DNA of 28,996 nucleotides from a virus (taxonomy: Duplodnaviria > Caudoviricetes). The notes under the pieces are model-generated. The model saw nothing but the letters and a program-made list of their open reading frames with translations. It was not told the DNA's origin and did not search any database. Position 1 is the first letter of the stretch; each line of letters starts with the position of its first letter. Positions 8,803-17,438 of the stretch are shown here, piece by piece. The translations under genes and the position numbers were made by a program. The DNA is taken from IMG/VR virus record IMGVR_UViG_3300030376_003152, positions 1 to 28,996 of that record. One strand, 5' to 3'.

Positions 8803-9081
8803 TCACGCCCACTCTAGGGAGTAATGACCTGTTCCTGTTATATCAACAAAAAGACCTTTAGCACAAAATCTACCATGCATATCATATTCAAAAGAACCAT
8901 TAGCGGCTAATACCATTCTACAAACTTCTACATCACCGGATGCAGAAGCATCATCACTATCATAAACAGAAATAGTTACTGCTGAACCTGAAACATTAGA
9001 GGCATGTACACTCATCAGTTTACACTTACCTTTGAAAACCAATGCATCAGCCGTCTTGACTCCACTACCACTACAACCTAT
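8803..9081 (-). CDS. Small beta-rich protein, probable virion accessory
   Basis: Track ORF 8803..9042; the frame is open upstream through ATA at 9081 (IGCSGSGVKTADALVFKG), which overlaps the previous TAG. Start uncertain. Confidence 0.55.
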   Translation of the reverse strand: MGCSGSGVKTADALVFKGKCKLMSVHASNVSGSAVTISVYDSDDASASGDVEVCRMVLAANGSFEYDMHGRFCAKGLFVDITGTGHYSLEWA

Positions 9082-9503
9082 TCTCTCACTTCCTTATTGT
9101 CTTCTGAAGGTGTTTCTTTCTTAGGCGTTTCTATCTTTTTTGCTTTTTTAGCAGATGTTTTCTTTGCAGGTGCTTTTTTAGCAGGTGCTTTTTTAGCAGG
9201 TGCTTTTTTAGCAGGTGCTTTTACCTTCTTAGGAAATAATATTTTTTGTGCTTGATTACGGGTATCGCCTTCTTTTAACTCATTAGTTAATCTAATTAAT
9301 TCATTAAACTTATAGTCATTAAGTCTTGCTATATCGGCTTCATCCATCTTATCGAATGTACATGTAAGGTTTTCACCACCTAATATGTTTATTACGTGGT
9401 CTAATGGTATTGTTGTTTGTTGGTTAAAATGTATAGGGTATATTACCCCACCGATTTTAATATCTCTTGGGCTTGCTTGGTTCGTTAATGTTACTTGTGT
9501 CAT
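9078..9503 (-). CDS. Protein with histone H1-like basic KKAPA-repeat tail
   Basis: KKVKAPAKKAPAKKAPAKKAPAKKTSAKKAKK; SD AGGAGA upstream. Confidence 0.75.
   Translation of the reverse strand: MTQVTLTNQASPRDIKIGGVIYPIHFNQQTTIPLDHVINILGGENLTCTFDKMDEADIARLNDYKFNELIRLTNELKEGDTRNQAQKILFPKKVKAPAKKAPAKKAPAKKAPAKKTSAKKAKKIETPKKETPSEDNKEVRE
9166..9222. repeat. 15-bp tandem repeat (GCAGGTGCTTTTTTA, about 3.8 copies) encoding KKAPA
   Basis: Units start at 9166, 9181, 9196, 9211. Confidence 0.9.
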
Positions 9504-9528
9504 GTGGTTTTCTCCTTTTAATAAGGGG

Positions 9529-9571
9529 ATAGTAGCCCCCGTTCTGATTGTCTCAGAACGAAGACTACTAT
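9529..9571 (-). terminator. Strong intergenic RNA hairpin (19-bp stem including G-U pairs) after capsid/decoration genes
   Basis: Minus-strand RNA AUAGUAGUCUUCGUUCUGA-GACAA-UCAGAACGGGGGCUACUAU pairs fully with three G-U wobbles; function as terminator vs stabiliser unknown. Confidence 0.6.
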
Positions 9572-9597
9572 TTTATGTTTATTCTATTATTCACTGT

Positions 9598-9945
9598 TTA
9601 GAGGTTTCCGTAAACACGGACTCTAACAGTTGTATCTGTAATGTTTCCATTCGCTGCTGCGTTTGTTCCATCCATTGCGGTGAACAACAAAGCAAAACTT
9701 GTACCACTTTCATAAGCACCTGCGGCAGAGCATTCTACATCTACATCATATGTTGCGGGTAGGCTATTACCTGTTATTAGAACTGCATGTATTCTACTTA
9801 GTCCTAGTGAAGCAGCAGTAACTACTTCTCCACCGGATGTTGCAGTTGTAACTAACAACGAAGCATCCACAAGATACTCATCTCCTGATACTTTAGGAGC
9901 AGTAAATCCTTTATGGTCAGCCAAAAGGGTTACAGTATGTGCCAT
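9598..9945 (-). CDS. Putative capsid decoration/cement protein
   Basis: 115 aa, A/T/G/V beta-rich, immediately after major capsid, SD GAGGTGA. Confidence 0.55.
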   Translation of the reverse strand: MAHTVTLLADHKGFTAPKVSGDEYLVDASLLVTTATSGGEVVTAASLGLSRIHAVLITGNSLPATYDVDVECSAAGAYESGTSFALLFTAMDGTNAAANGNITDTTVRVRVYGNL

Positions 9946-9957
9946 ACTTTAATCACC

Positions 9958-11310
9958 TCAAGCACTCTTTATGTTAGTTATCTTACCTTGACCTTTGAAG
10001 AAAGAACAACATACTTCACCAATAGTTCTGTACATTGCTTGGTTTCCTAAAGTTCCAACACCGAATGGGTTTCCGTTAGAAATTCCATCCTCGAAATATT
10101 CTGTAGGTTTCATAACTGATAACCATAGATGGTCTGTATCTAAGATAAAGATATCACTCAATCCATTTGTTAGGCTTGCTTCAGTTGTTGAAGCCATATC
10201 CTTACAAGGGATTAATGGTATGTCATAGTATGTTGCAACTCTGAAACCAACTTCAGCACCTTTAACTCCACGAACACCATTATGTGTAGGAACAATTTCT
10301 TTCCTATCCATAAATCTCTCTTGACTTTGTAGTAAGTCAGAGATGTGTTGTATAGTATCGTAGCCTGTTAAGATACATTTTGGGTTTCCACCATTTTGAC
10401 GGATTCTGCGAATCATGTCATTTAATAGTGTTAGAGTTAATACTCTAGCAGAACCACTTGCATAACTTGCACCGTAATCAACTTCAGCATCCAAGAAATC
10501 AGGCACGGCAGTAATAGTTTCAGTACTAACTGTAACTCCTCTGTCTTGTCCATAAATTCTTACTAATTGTGGGTCAAGTGCTTCGTTAGTACCACTTTCA
10601 CCATCTTCTGTTAAGTTAGCAGTATACATTGCACCTATTTCAGCACCATCTGTTACAACCTTATACAAAGATGTATAGTTGTTAGTCATACCTGTAATAC
10701 CTGCTGCTGAATATGTTTCAAGAGGTGTTAATAACATCTTGTTCTGTACTTCAGCATGGTGCTTACCCATATCTTCACGGATTATAGCACGTATATCACC
10801 AACACCGTCATCAATAGCAGCAAGTTCCATTGCAAGTTCTGAAAACTCGAATTTATGTGCTATTGTTTTAGGCGTTACTTTTAGGGTTGTGTATTCAGGG
10901 GCTAATGCCGGAATACCGGATAATGCTGCATTCTCAGCAACTCCACCAATTAGGTCTGCTTTAGGAGATGCACTTCCTGCTGCTCCTGAACCAATTGCAA
11001 AAGAAGAACCACTACCACCTTGAGGTCGGCTCTTTAGAACTCTCCAACCACTTGATGTATATGGCCTCTTAGCAATCATAGACAAAGCATTAACTTCTTG
11101 GTTAAGCATTGACCATACTTTCTGTCCGTAAAGAACATTGTATAGGTCTGTCATTCCTGTTGCACCGCTAAAAGCGGTTTGTAAATCGTGTCCTGCTCCT
11201 GCTAGTCCACCAACTACTCCTGCACTCTTCAACAAAGCATTACCGTTACCGCCTCTTAAGCCGTATGATGCTGCTTCTAAATCTCTCATTGTTTTTATAT
11301 ATCCACTCAT
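9958..11310 (-). CDS. Major capsid protein (HK97 fold)
   Basis: 450 aa after protease/scaffold; HK97-like segments YGQKVWSMLNQEVNA, VTPKTIAHKFEFSE, YYDIPLIP, IFILDTDHL, QGKITNIK; SD GGAGTGA. Confidence 0.9.
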   Translation of the reverse strand: MSGYIKTMRDLEAASYGLRGGNGNALLKSAGVVGGLAGAGHDLQTAFSGATGMTDLYNVLYGQKVWSMLNQEVNALSMIAKRPYTSSGWRVLKSRPQGGSGSSFAIGSGAAGSASPKADLIGGVAENAALSGIPALAPEYTTLKVTPKTIAHKFEFSELAMELAAIDDGVGDIRAIIREDMGKHHAEVQNKMLLTPLETYSAAGITGMTNNYTSLYKVVTDGAEIGAMYTANLTEDGESGTNEALDPQLVRIYGQDRGVTVSTETITAVPDFLDAEVDYGASYASGSARVLTLTLLNDMIRRIRQNGGNPKCILTGYDTIQHISDLLQSQERFMDRKEIVPTHNGVRGVKGAEVGFRVATYYDIPLIPCKDMASTTEASLTNGLSDIFILDTDHLWLSVMKPTEYFEDGISNGNPFGVGTLGNQAMYRTIGEVCCSFFKGQGKITNIKSA

Positions 11311-11323
11311 ATCTTATCACTCC

Positions 11324-11965
11324 TTAATTATATTTCCTCGCTATATCAGCAATCTCATTCCATGATAGGTTACTTACATCACTAGGAATTTCTATTGATT
11401 GTGATTTAACAATCTCATCATTTTGTACAGTTAAAGATTTGCGTAGTTCTGCAAATTCTTCTTTCAAAGCAATTACATCTGAACGAGCATCATATGATGC
11501 TGCTTCAGCATTTGCTTTCTTAACGTCTAATTCTTCTGTAAGCCTTGCTTCAAATTGCTTGCTTAGAGAATCGTATGCAATCTTTTCCATTCTTTCTGCT
11601 TTGAATGCTTCATATGCTTTTTCAACATTTTCTGCACTTAAGTTAAGAGTAGAGAAGTCAGAATCTTCTAATCCCTTTGTAACATCTAAATCAGCAGGGG
11701 TTGGTTTTGGATTACCGTTATCAACAACAAGTTCTCCGGCTTCCATGTCTCTTGTTGAATCTTCATCAAGAGCCTTTTCTTCCATATCCATCTCATCGTC
11801 ATCCATATCCTCTTCAACCTCTTCTGTATCCATGTATGCCATATCACCCTTTGTTTCAAGGGTCGCGTCTGTCGTATTTTCTTCAGTTTTTTCTAACACT
11901 GAAGAATTAACTTGTTTCATCAAGTCATTTAATTCTTCAAGTGCTTTTTCCAATTTTTCACTCAT
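11324..11965 (-). CDS. Putative nested in-frame scaffolding protein (213 aa)
   Basis: GGAGGT SD (11972-11977) followed by in-frame ATG at 11965 (MSEKLEKALEEL) exactly at the end of the protease domain. Confidence 0.6.
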   Translation of the reverse strand: MSEKLEKALEELNDLMKQVNSSVLEKTEENTTDATLETKGDMAYMDTEEVEEDMDDDEMDMEEKALDEDSTRDMEAGELVVDNGNPKPTPADLDVTKGLEDSDFSTLNLSAENVEKAYEAFKAERMEKIAYDSLSKQFEARLTEELDVKKANAEAASYDARSDVIALKEEFAELRKSLTVQNDEIVKSQSIEIPSDVSNLSWNEIADIARKYN

Positions 11966-12505
11966 TGTATTACCTCCAACATCTTGTTTTAAAATGTCGA
12001 ATTTCGCTTCGGGATTAATTCCCTTTTCACATATGGTTACTTCATGAAGTTCTAACTTTTCTATTTCGTTATACTCTCCATATTCATCATTTGTCTTCTG
12101 TTTCTTAGATATGGCTTGTCCACCAATACTAAAGGAACGAAGAGTTCCTTTTCTAATACCTCTTGAAATTTCTTTTGCTTTTTCTATATCATCTCTTAAT
12201 TTGATAACAACATAAAAACCAACATCATCTACACCTGTCTTGTGTAATACTCCATTAGTATCTCGATACTTCTCTACTACTTCACCAACTTGAACATTAG
12301 AATGATTTGACATTACATTTCTATATTTTGTTTCTTTCATATATTTTTGTACTGCTTCATCTAATGCCTGTAATGTAATTAAATCATTTTGTTTATCTAC
12401 AATTTCTATAGAGGCATACCCCCCAATAACTAAATCATCAGACTTTAAAATTCTAAATTCATGATTAGAATCTGCCTTCATTAAAAGAGATTCCGCCATC
12501 ATCAT
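11324..12505 (-). CDS. Prohead protease fused to acidic/coiled-coil scaffold domain
   Basis: HK97-type protease motifs GYASIEIVDKQND, SNH, GTLRSFSIGG, LHEVTICEKGINPEA, then D/E-rich and coiled-coil C-half. Confidence 0.9.
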   Translation of the reverse strand: MMMAESLLMKADSNHEFRILKSDDLVIGGYASIEIVDKQNDLITLQALDEAVQKYMKETKYRNVMSNHSNVQVGEVVEKYRDTNGVLHKTGVDDVGFYVVIKLRDDIEKAKEISRGIRKGTLRSFSIGGQAISKKQKTNDEYGEYNEIEKLELHEVTICEKGINPEAKFDILKQDVGGNTMSEKLEKALEELNDLMKQVNSSVLEKTEENTTDATLETKGDMAYMDTEEVEEDMDDDEMDMEEKALDEDSTRDMEAGELVVDNGNPKPTPADLDVTKGLEDSDFSTLNLSAENVEKAYEAFKAERMEKIAYDSLSKQFEARLTEELDVKKANAEAASYDARSDVIALKEEFAELRKSLTVQNDEIVKSQSIEIPSDVSNLSWNEIADIARKYN

Positions 12506-12528
12506 AAAACAAACACCTTAAACTTTTA

Positions 12529-12536
12529 CTATATAA
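12529..12536 (-). promoter_or_regulatory. Putative archaeal TATA box (TTATATAG) for protease-capsid transcript
   Basis: In the 32-bp intergenic gap, centred about 27 nt upstream of ATG 12505, the spacing expected for a near-leaderless archaeal transcript. Confidence 0.5.
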
Positions 12537-12537
12537 G

Positions 12538-15159
12538 TTAGTCGGCACTTTCAGGAGGAAATTTTAATTTAGCATATTTATCTTCTCTTATATCCCATAA
12601 ATTTTCATTATCTTTATTGTCTAACATTTCTTGTTTTTTACCTGTCCATGCTATCCATGTATTTTTCTCATCTAATGGTACAACCCGCAGATGCATTCTT
12701 GTATCGAATTTATCTCCTTCTAATTTATATTCGTGATATCCATCTTTCTGAACACCTAAAATTAAATCTCCACTATCTAATAAATCATCTTCATCAACAT
12801 TAGTTGCTACTATAGCAGGGAACTTACCCGATTTACCAAATAAGTTATACACATCTTCAGTATCTTCTATGTCTATAGTCCATGCTAGTTTCTCATCTTT
12901 TATTAACAAAACAAAATCTAAATTACCATCTTCACGTTGATATATTTTAAATGTAGTATTTTTAGGAATGTTCTTTTTTAATTCCTCAATATCTTTTTCT
13001 AAAACATCTTCTCTTGCTTGAAATTTATTTGGGTGTATATATACAATATCATCTTGTTTCTTCATCCATGACATAAGACTATCTTCACGCCCTTCAAATA
13101 ATTCATCAAAATCTTCTTTATAGTGTTTCACAACAAAATCTAAAACCTTATTGAATGGTTTCGGTCTGTCTCCATATTCTATAATATCATTCCTAATAGC
13201 CATTCTTAATTCTGCTCTTTTTGTTTTTATAATATCAGTAAGTTGTTCTTTCCATAAATCTATATTATATAATGCATTTTTCTGCATTAGTGTATCTCCT
13301 TCAAAACCATAAATAGTAAAACCATCTAAATTTTCTTTTAGAATAATTTCAGCATTACCGTGTATATCATCAGTAACATAATAAGATTTTTTAATTCCGG
13401 CCTTTTTATGTTTTCTCTTACCTTGCACTTTATCTGATAACCCACTACTTACTCTAAATAATCCACCCATTGTTCTACCTGCTACAAACTCTACAAAATC
13501 GGCTAAAGATTTTTTAGTTTTACCTGCAAGTTGTTCTAATGTTATAATGCTATCTGATTCAGTAACTTCCGGTAATTCTATTACTTTAGCAGAATATAAA
13601 CTAAAACCATCTTTTGTCTTCTTTACTTCATCTACCTTGACTCTAATTATATCTCCAATTTTTACACATTGTTTTGTATTTAGTGCCTTACCTACAGGAA
13701 TGTATGCTTTATCTTCTAATTCTACGGTTTTATATTTTCTAGTATCTTCAGCAGATACAGGGCCAATTCCCATAGTGTAACTATGTAAACCACTTTTGGT
13801 CTTCTTATCATCTAAAACTATTACATCTAAATCAATAAATTTTTTCCATTTAATCCATTTTGGGTTTTTCTTTTTACCAATAAGATAAGTAGATTCAATA
13901 TCTTTAATCACTACACCTTCAGAACTAGGTAATATCATAATATCTTTAGCATAGTCTTCTATTTCTTTTAATGAATCTGCAATGCGAGTATCTTTTTTAG
14001 ATGGGAATGCTAAATTTTCTGTAGAATGCTGACTATATTGATAGAATAAAGTATTTATTCTTTCACGTAGGGGTTCATCTGCAACCATTTTACCTTCATG
14101 TTTCATTATATCAAATACGTGAGCAGATAATCTACCTTTAGTTTCCTTTTTGAAAACATGTGATATTGTATCTGCTCTATGTAATGGTTCATCATTCAAA
14201 AATAGAGTTAATTCAGCATCTAATATACAGTCTCCGAAATTTTTCTTTTTCATTTCTTTTACCTGTTGAGGACATTTATCAGTAATATCTTTTTTATTAT
14301 AAGAATAAATAGTTACAGTATCATCTGTTTTATGTATTTGTATTCTCATACCATCATATTTTTCTTGTACTAACCATTCTCCACTAAATCCCTTTAGTTC
14401 TTTAATATCATCTATTTCAAAAATTCTATACAATGGCTTGTTAGGAATTAAAAAATCAACCTCTGCTTTTTCTTCTTCACTTTTTTGAGCCTTTGCAATC
14501 TGTACATCTCTTAAATTTTCCCACTTAGATTCAGGATATATTTCCGTATACATTTCTTGTATTTTTACCATACCTGCTTTAATTTTATTATGTATTCTTT
14601 TATCATTAGTGCTTTCATTACCATAATGTTCTATTACGAATAAAGGTATATCACTAACTTTCAAATCTAATCCCATAATACCTCTTGTTATTAAATCGGG
14701 TTTCATGTCAAATTGTTCCCACAACTTTTCCGGTAAAGCATTAGAATGACTTCTCATAGCATAATGTAAAAATGCAATTAATACCTCTTCTTTTTCTAAA
14801 AAAGTATCAATTACTTTAGTATCAAAATGTTTACTAAAAGGGTCGCTTATTTCGTCTGATTGAAATCTAAGTTTTTTTACGGCTTCAAATACCTTTCTTG
14901 CTTCATCAGAAGTTGGGTCAACTACATCTTTATCAAACAAAACATCTTCATCTATATATTTTTTTAATTCCGTTGCAAAACTACTAATGTTATCAAAATC
15001 TTCCTTCATCATCATTATGACTTTTTTCCATTCAGAAGTATATTCAGCAGGGTCTTCTCTTGCTGAAAGATAGGCATATCTAGTACGTTCAAAAAAATCT
15101 AAAATGCGTTGTGTTAACGAATCTTTTTCTTTTTCAAATGCTAAACCTGTTTGAGTCAT
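12538..15159 (-). CDS. lig: ATP-dependent DNA ligase with N-terminal extension and C-terminal LigD-phosphoesterase-like domain
   Basis: Motif I QEKYDGMRIQIH, III ILDAEL, IIIa HVFDIM, IV EGVVIKD, V WIKWK, then OB-fold start DLDVIVL; 873 aa. Confidence 0.9.
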   Translation of the reverse strand: MTQTGLAFEKEKDSLTQRILDFFERTRYAYLSAREDPAEYTSEWKKVIMMMKEDFDNISSFATELKKYIDEDVLFDKDVVDPTSDEARKVFEAVKKLRFQSDEISDPFSKHFDTKVIDTFLEKEEVLIAFLHYAMRSHSNALPEKLWEQFDMKPDLITRGIMGLDLKVSDIPLFVIEHYGNESTNDKRIHNKIKAGMVKIQEMYTEIYPESKWENLRDVQIAKAQKSEEEKAEVDFLIPNKPLYRIFEIDDIKELKGFSGEWLVQEKYDGMRIQIHKTDDTVTIYSYNKKDITDKCPQQVKEMKKKNFGDCILDAELTLFLNDEPLHRADTISHVFKKETKGRLSAHVFDIMKHEGKMVADEPLRERINTLFYQYSQHSTENLAFPSKKDTRIADSLKEIEDYAKDIMILPSSEGVVIKDIESTYLIGKKKNPKWIKWKKFIDLDVIVLDDKKTKSGLHSYTMGIGPVSAEDTRKYKTVELEDKAYIPVGKALNTKQCVKIGDIIRVKVDEVKKTKDGFSLYSAKVIELPEVTESDSIITLEQLAGKTKKSLADFVEFVAGRTMGGLFRVSSGLSDKVQGKRKHKKAGIKKSYYVTDDIHGNAEIILKENLDGFTIYGFEGDTLMQKNALYNIDLWKEQLTDIIKTKRAELRMAIRNDIIEYGDRPKPFNKVLDFVVKHYKEDFDELFEGREDSLMSWMKKQDDIVYIHPNKFQAREDVLEKDIEELKKNIPKNTTFKIYQREDGNLDFVLLIKDEKLAWTIDIEDTEDVYNLFGKSGKFPAIVATNVDEDDLLDSGDLILGVQKDGYHEYKLEGDKFDTRMHLRVVPLDEKNTWIAWTGKKQEMLDNKDNENLWDIREDKYAKLKFPPESAD

Positions 15160-15169
15160 TTTTAACTCC

Positions 15170-15775
15170 TCAATTTTTATTTTCTTGTAAGAAATTTAAA
15201 ATTGATTTTGATAATTTTTCATACTCATTTGCAAAATTATTATCATAAGGAAGGTCTTCAGCCATATTTTCTAATGATTCATATGCTTGTTTCATAACAT
15301 CTGTTTTATTTTCAGACTTTGATATAATATTAGAATCATTAACAATCATTTCTTTTAAAGTAGATAATCCTTTTAGTACTATAGATTTGTAAATTTCTGC
15401 ATTTATATCTTCTATAGAAGATTCTAATCTATTACGTTCTGATAATAATCTTCTATATCCTTGATTTGATTTACCATCTTTCATAGAATCATAAGATTCC
15501 ATTTCTTCCTTAACACCATCTAATCTTTCTTGAAGTCTTTTTTTTCTAGATTCATCATCTTTTTCTTCTTCAGCATCTAAAAATGGATTGTCTTCTTTAA
15601 TCATTTCTTTGTTTGCATCTTTAGGCATATCAATTTTTTCTTCTTTAGGATTTTTTGGAGGTCTTTTTACCTTTGCCTCTTCTCCTTCTGAATCATGAAG
15701 TCTAGCAAATTGACTATCTTCTAAAACTGCTTTTGCTTTTTCTATGGCTTCTTGTACTAATTCTAACTGATTCAT
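15170..15775 (-). CDS. Hypothetical charged coiled-coil protein, putative internal head protein
   Basis: 201 aa; several hydrophobic-x-K-[SA] sites (IEKA, IYKS, ISKS). Confidence 0.65.
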   Translation of the reverse strand: MNQLELVQEAIEKAKAVLEDSQFARLHDSEGEEAKVKRPPKNPKEEKIDMPKDANKEMIKEDNPFLDAEEEKDDESRKKRLQERLDGVKEEMESYDSMKDGKSNQGYRRLLSERNRLESSIEDINAEIYKSIVLKGLSTLKEMIVNDSNIISKSENKTDVMKQAYESLENMAEDLPYDNNFANEYEKLSKSILNFLQENKN

Positions 15776-15786
15776 TTTTAATTCCT

Positions 15787-16170
15787 CTATTGTGGTCTCT
15801 GTTGTTGCCCTTGTGGTTGCCCTTGTTGTGGCATAACTTGATTATAACTTTGATTCGCTTCATTCATTCGGTCTTTATCATACTGTTCCATTGTCATCAT
15901 TGGTTTAGAAGGTCGTTTACCTCCGGCTGCTTTGTCTTGTTGTGCAAGCAATCTTGCTGATTCTCTTTCTTCTTCAATTGCTTGTTTTAAAGGTGTACCA
16001 CTTTTTATGAAATCTATAATACCTTGATAAAAGAGTTCAGGGCTATAACCATGTGCTGCTACCCATTCTTTTTCTAAAGCATCTAAACTATATATTTCTA
16101 CTATAGCATCTGCTAACATTTGCTTTCCTTTTGCATTTGCTTTTAGTACGGTTTCCCAATTATTCTTCAT
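15787..16170 (-). CDS. Hypothetical protein with W-x-x-V-L-K leader and Gln-rich tail
   Basis: MKNNWETVLKA...PQQGQPQGQQQRPQ. Confidence 0.7.
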   Translation of the reverse strand: MKNNWETVLKANAKGKQMLADAIVEIYSLDALEKEWVAAHGYSPELFYQGIIDFIKSGTPLKQAIEEERESARLLAQQDKAAGGKRPSKPMMTMEQYDKDRMNEANQSYNQVMPQQGQPQGQQQRPQ

Positions 16171-16174
16171 TTTT

Positions 16175-16405
16175 TTATCCCTCTATTGTTTCTATTATGT
16201 TATGGATATCTGACCAATCCATCTTGGCTATTTTATCACCCGACATTTGATTTGTGTTAGTTTGCATTCGTGGGTGAGGACTATCTACAACAACATATCC
16301 TGATTTCATTAATAAATTATCCTTATTATAAACCGCTTCTTCAAGAGTTTTAACCTTAGACACTAATTCTTTTAATAACATTAACATTTCATTATTCTCT
16401 TTCAT
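16175..16405 (-). CDS. Small scaffold-like/core protein (76 aa)
   Basis: N-terminal coiled coil, LLMKS site, C-terminal MDWSDIHNII resembling scaffold C-terminus LSWNEIADIA; SD GGAGG. Confidence 0.65.
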   Translation of the reverse strand: MKENNEMLMLLKELVSKVKTLEEAVYNKDNLLMKSGYVVVDSPHPRMQTNTNQMSGDKIAKMDWSDIHNIIETIEG

Positions 16406-16473
16406 ACTTGTTCCTCCCTATACGCTATAACTTTCTCTTGTATCCTTTCTTTTAAAAATGCTTTCCAATTCAT
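16402..16473 (-). CDS. 23-aa mini-ORF MNWKAFLKERIQEKVIAYREEQV (not in ORF track)
   Basis: SD GGTGA upstream, shared W-x-x-F-L-K leader, ATGA overlap with next gene, fills the intergenic gap exactly. Confidence 0.55.
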   Translation of the reverse strand: MNWKAFLKERIQEKVIAYREEQV

Positions 16474-16477
16474 GTGT

Positions 16478-16738
16478 TCACCTATTACTGTATAGTTTTC
16501 TTTCTGCTTGTTCATCTCGTAGATTTTGTGTTGCTCTATCTATGAAGGACATATCTCCTCTTGTTTTTGCTCTTACTTGTGTTTGTTCTTTCTTTTCAAA
16601 CATTTCACATTGTCCTGTAGGGCTAATAGTTATTACATCTAATATACAATGCATATTTTCATTAGAACGACAAGTATTGGCTTTGCATATTTCTACTACG
16701 CAATCACCTTTTTCTTTTACAATACTTTGCCAACTCAT
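16478..16738 (-). CDS. Cys-rich small protein (DUF1540-like pattern) with MSWQSIVK leader
   Basis: CKANTCRSNENMHCILDVITISPTGQC. Confidence 0.65.
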   Translation of the reverse strand: MSWQSIVKEKGDCVVEICKANTCRSNENMHCILDVITISPTGQCEMFEKKEQTQVRAKTRGDMSFIDRATQNLRDEQAERKLYSNR

Positions 16739-16744
16739 TCTAAA

Positions 16745-17146
16745 TCACTCAAGCATCCAATCATCATTCATAGGTGTCAAAAATTCTTTAGCATCTTCTA
16801 ACTCATCATTAAAAGATAATTTCATTACCTTTTCCAAAAATTTTCTCATCTCTTTTGTATCATCATCTAAATAAGTAGCAAATAATATCCCTGTATAATT
16901 TTCTTTTAGTTCTTCATCATAAACATTACATTGAATCATATATTCATGAGTATTTGGTTTAGGTGCATCTTCAGAGTCATAGGAAAGGTTATCATAAATA
17001 TCTTTTATTTCATCGTTACGGTAGCCATCAATTAAATAACGAGTAGATTCTATTTCTACATTTTTATATCCTGATAAAACGTTATCTATTTCTACAACTG
17101 CCTCCATAACAGTTAGTTTCCTTTTTAGTATATCTTGCCAACTCAT
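16745..17146 (-). CDS. Acidic hypothetical protein with MSWQDILK leader
   Basis: 133 aa; coupled to upstream gene by ATGA overlap. Confidence 0.75.
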   Translation of the reverse strand: MSWQDILKRKLTVMEAVVEIDNVLSGYKNVEIESTRYLIDGYRNDEIKDIYDNLSYDSEDAPKPNTHEYMIQCNVYDEELKENYTGILFATYLDDDTKEMRKFLEKVMKLSFNDELEDAKEFLTPMNDDWMLE

Positions 17147-17433
17147 TTTTCATCACCTTTCTCAAAACCATCAGAAAATTCATTGTCTAATAATTCTTTA
17201 ATTTCTTGTGGGATATCTTCATCCTCATTGTAAATTTCTTTATCGTCTTTAGTTATTTTAACGATGTAATCATTATGAGCACTTCTACTAATATTACTTA
17301 CTTCGTAGCCTTTACCTTCTAAAAAATCTATTACTTGGTTAGAATACTGTTTATCTGCACCGTCATCAAAACCAAATTTAGAAAAGGAATCTTCCCAATC
17401 GTATCTATTTTTTAGAATGTCTTGCCAACTCAT
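17143..17433 (-). CDS. Acidic hypothetical protein with MSWQDILK leader
   Basis: 96 aa; SD GAGTGA. Confidence 0.75.
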   Translation of the reverse strand: MSWQDILKNRYDWEDSFSKFGFDDGADKQYSNQVIDFLEGKGYEVSNISRSAHNDYIVKITKDDKEIYNEDEDIPQEIKELLDNEFSDGFEKGDEK

Positions 17434-17438
17434 TTAAA

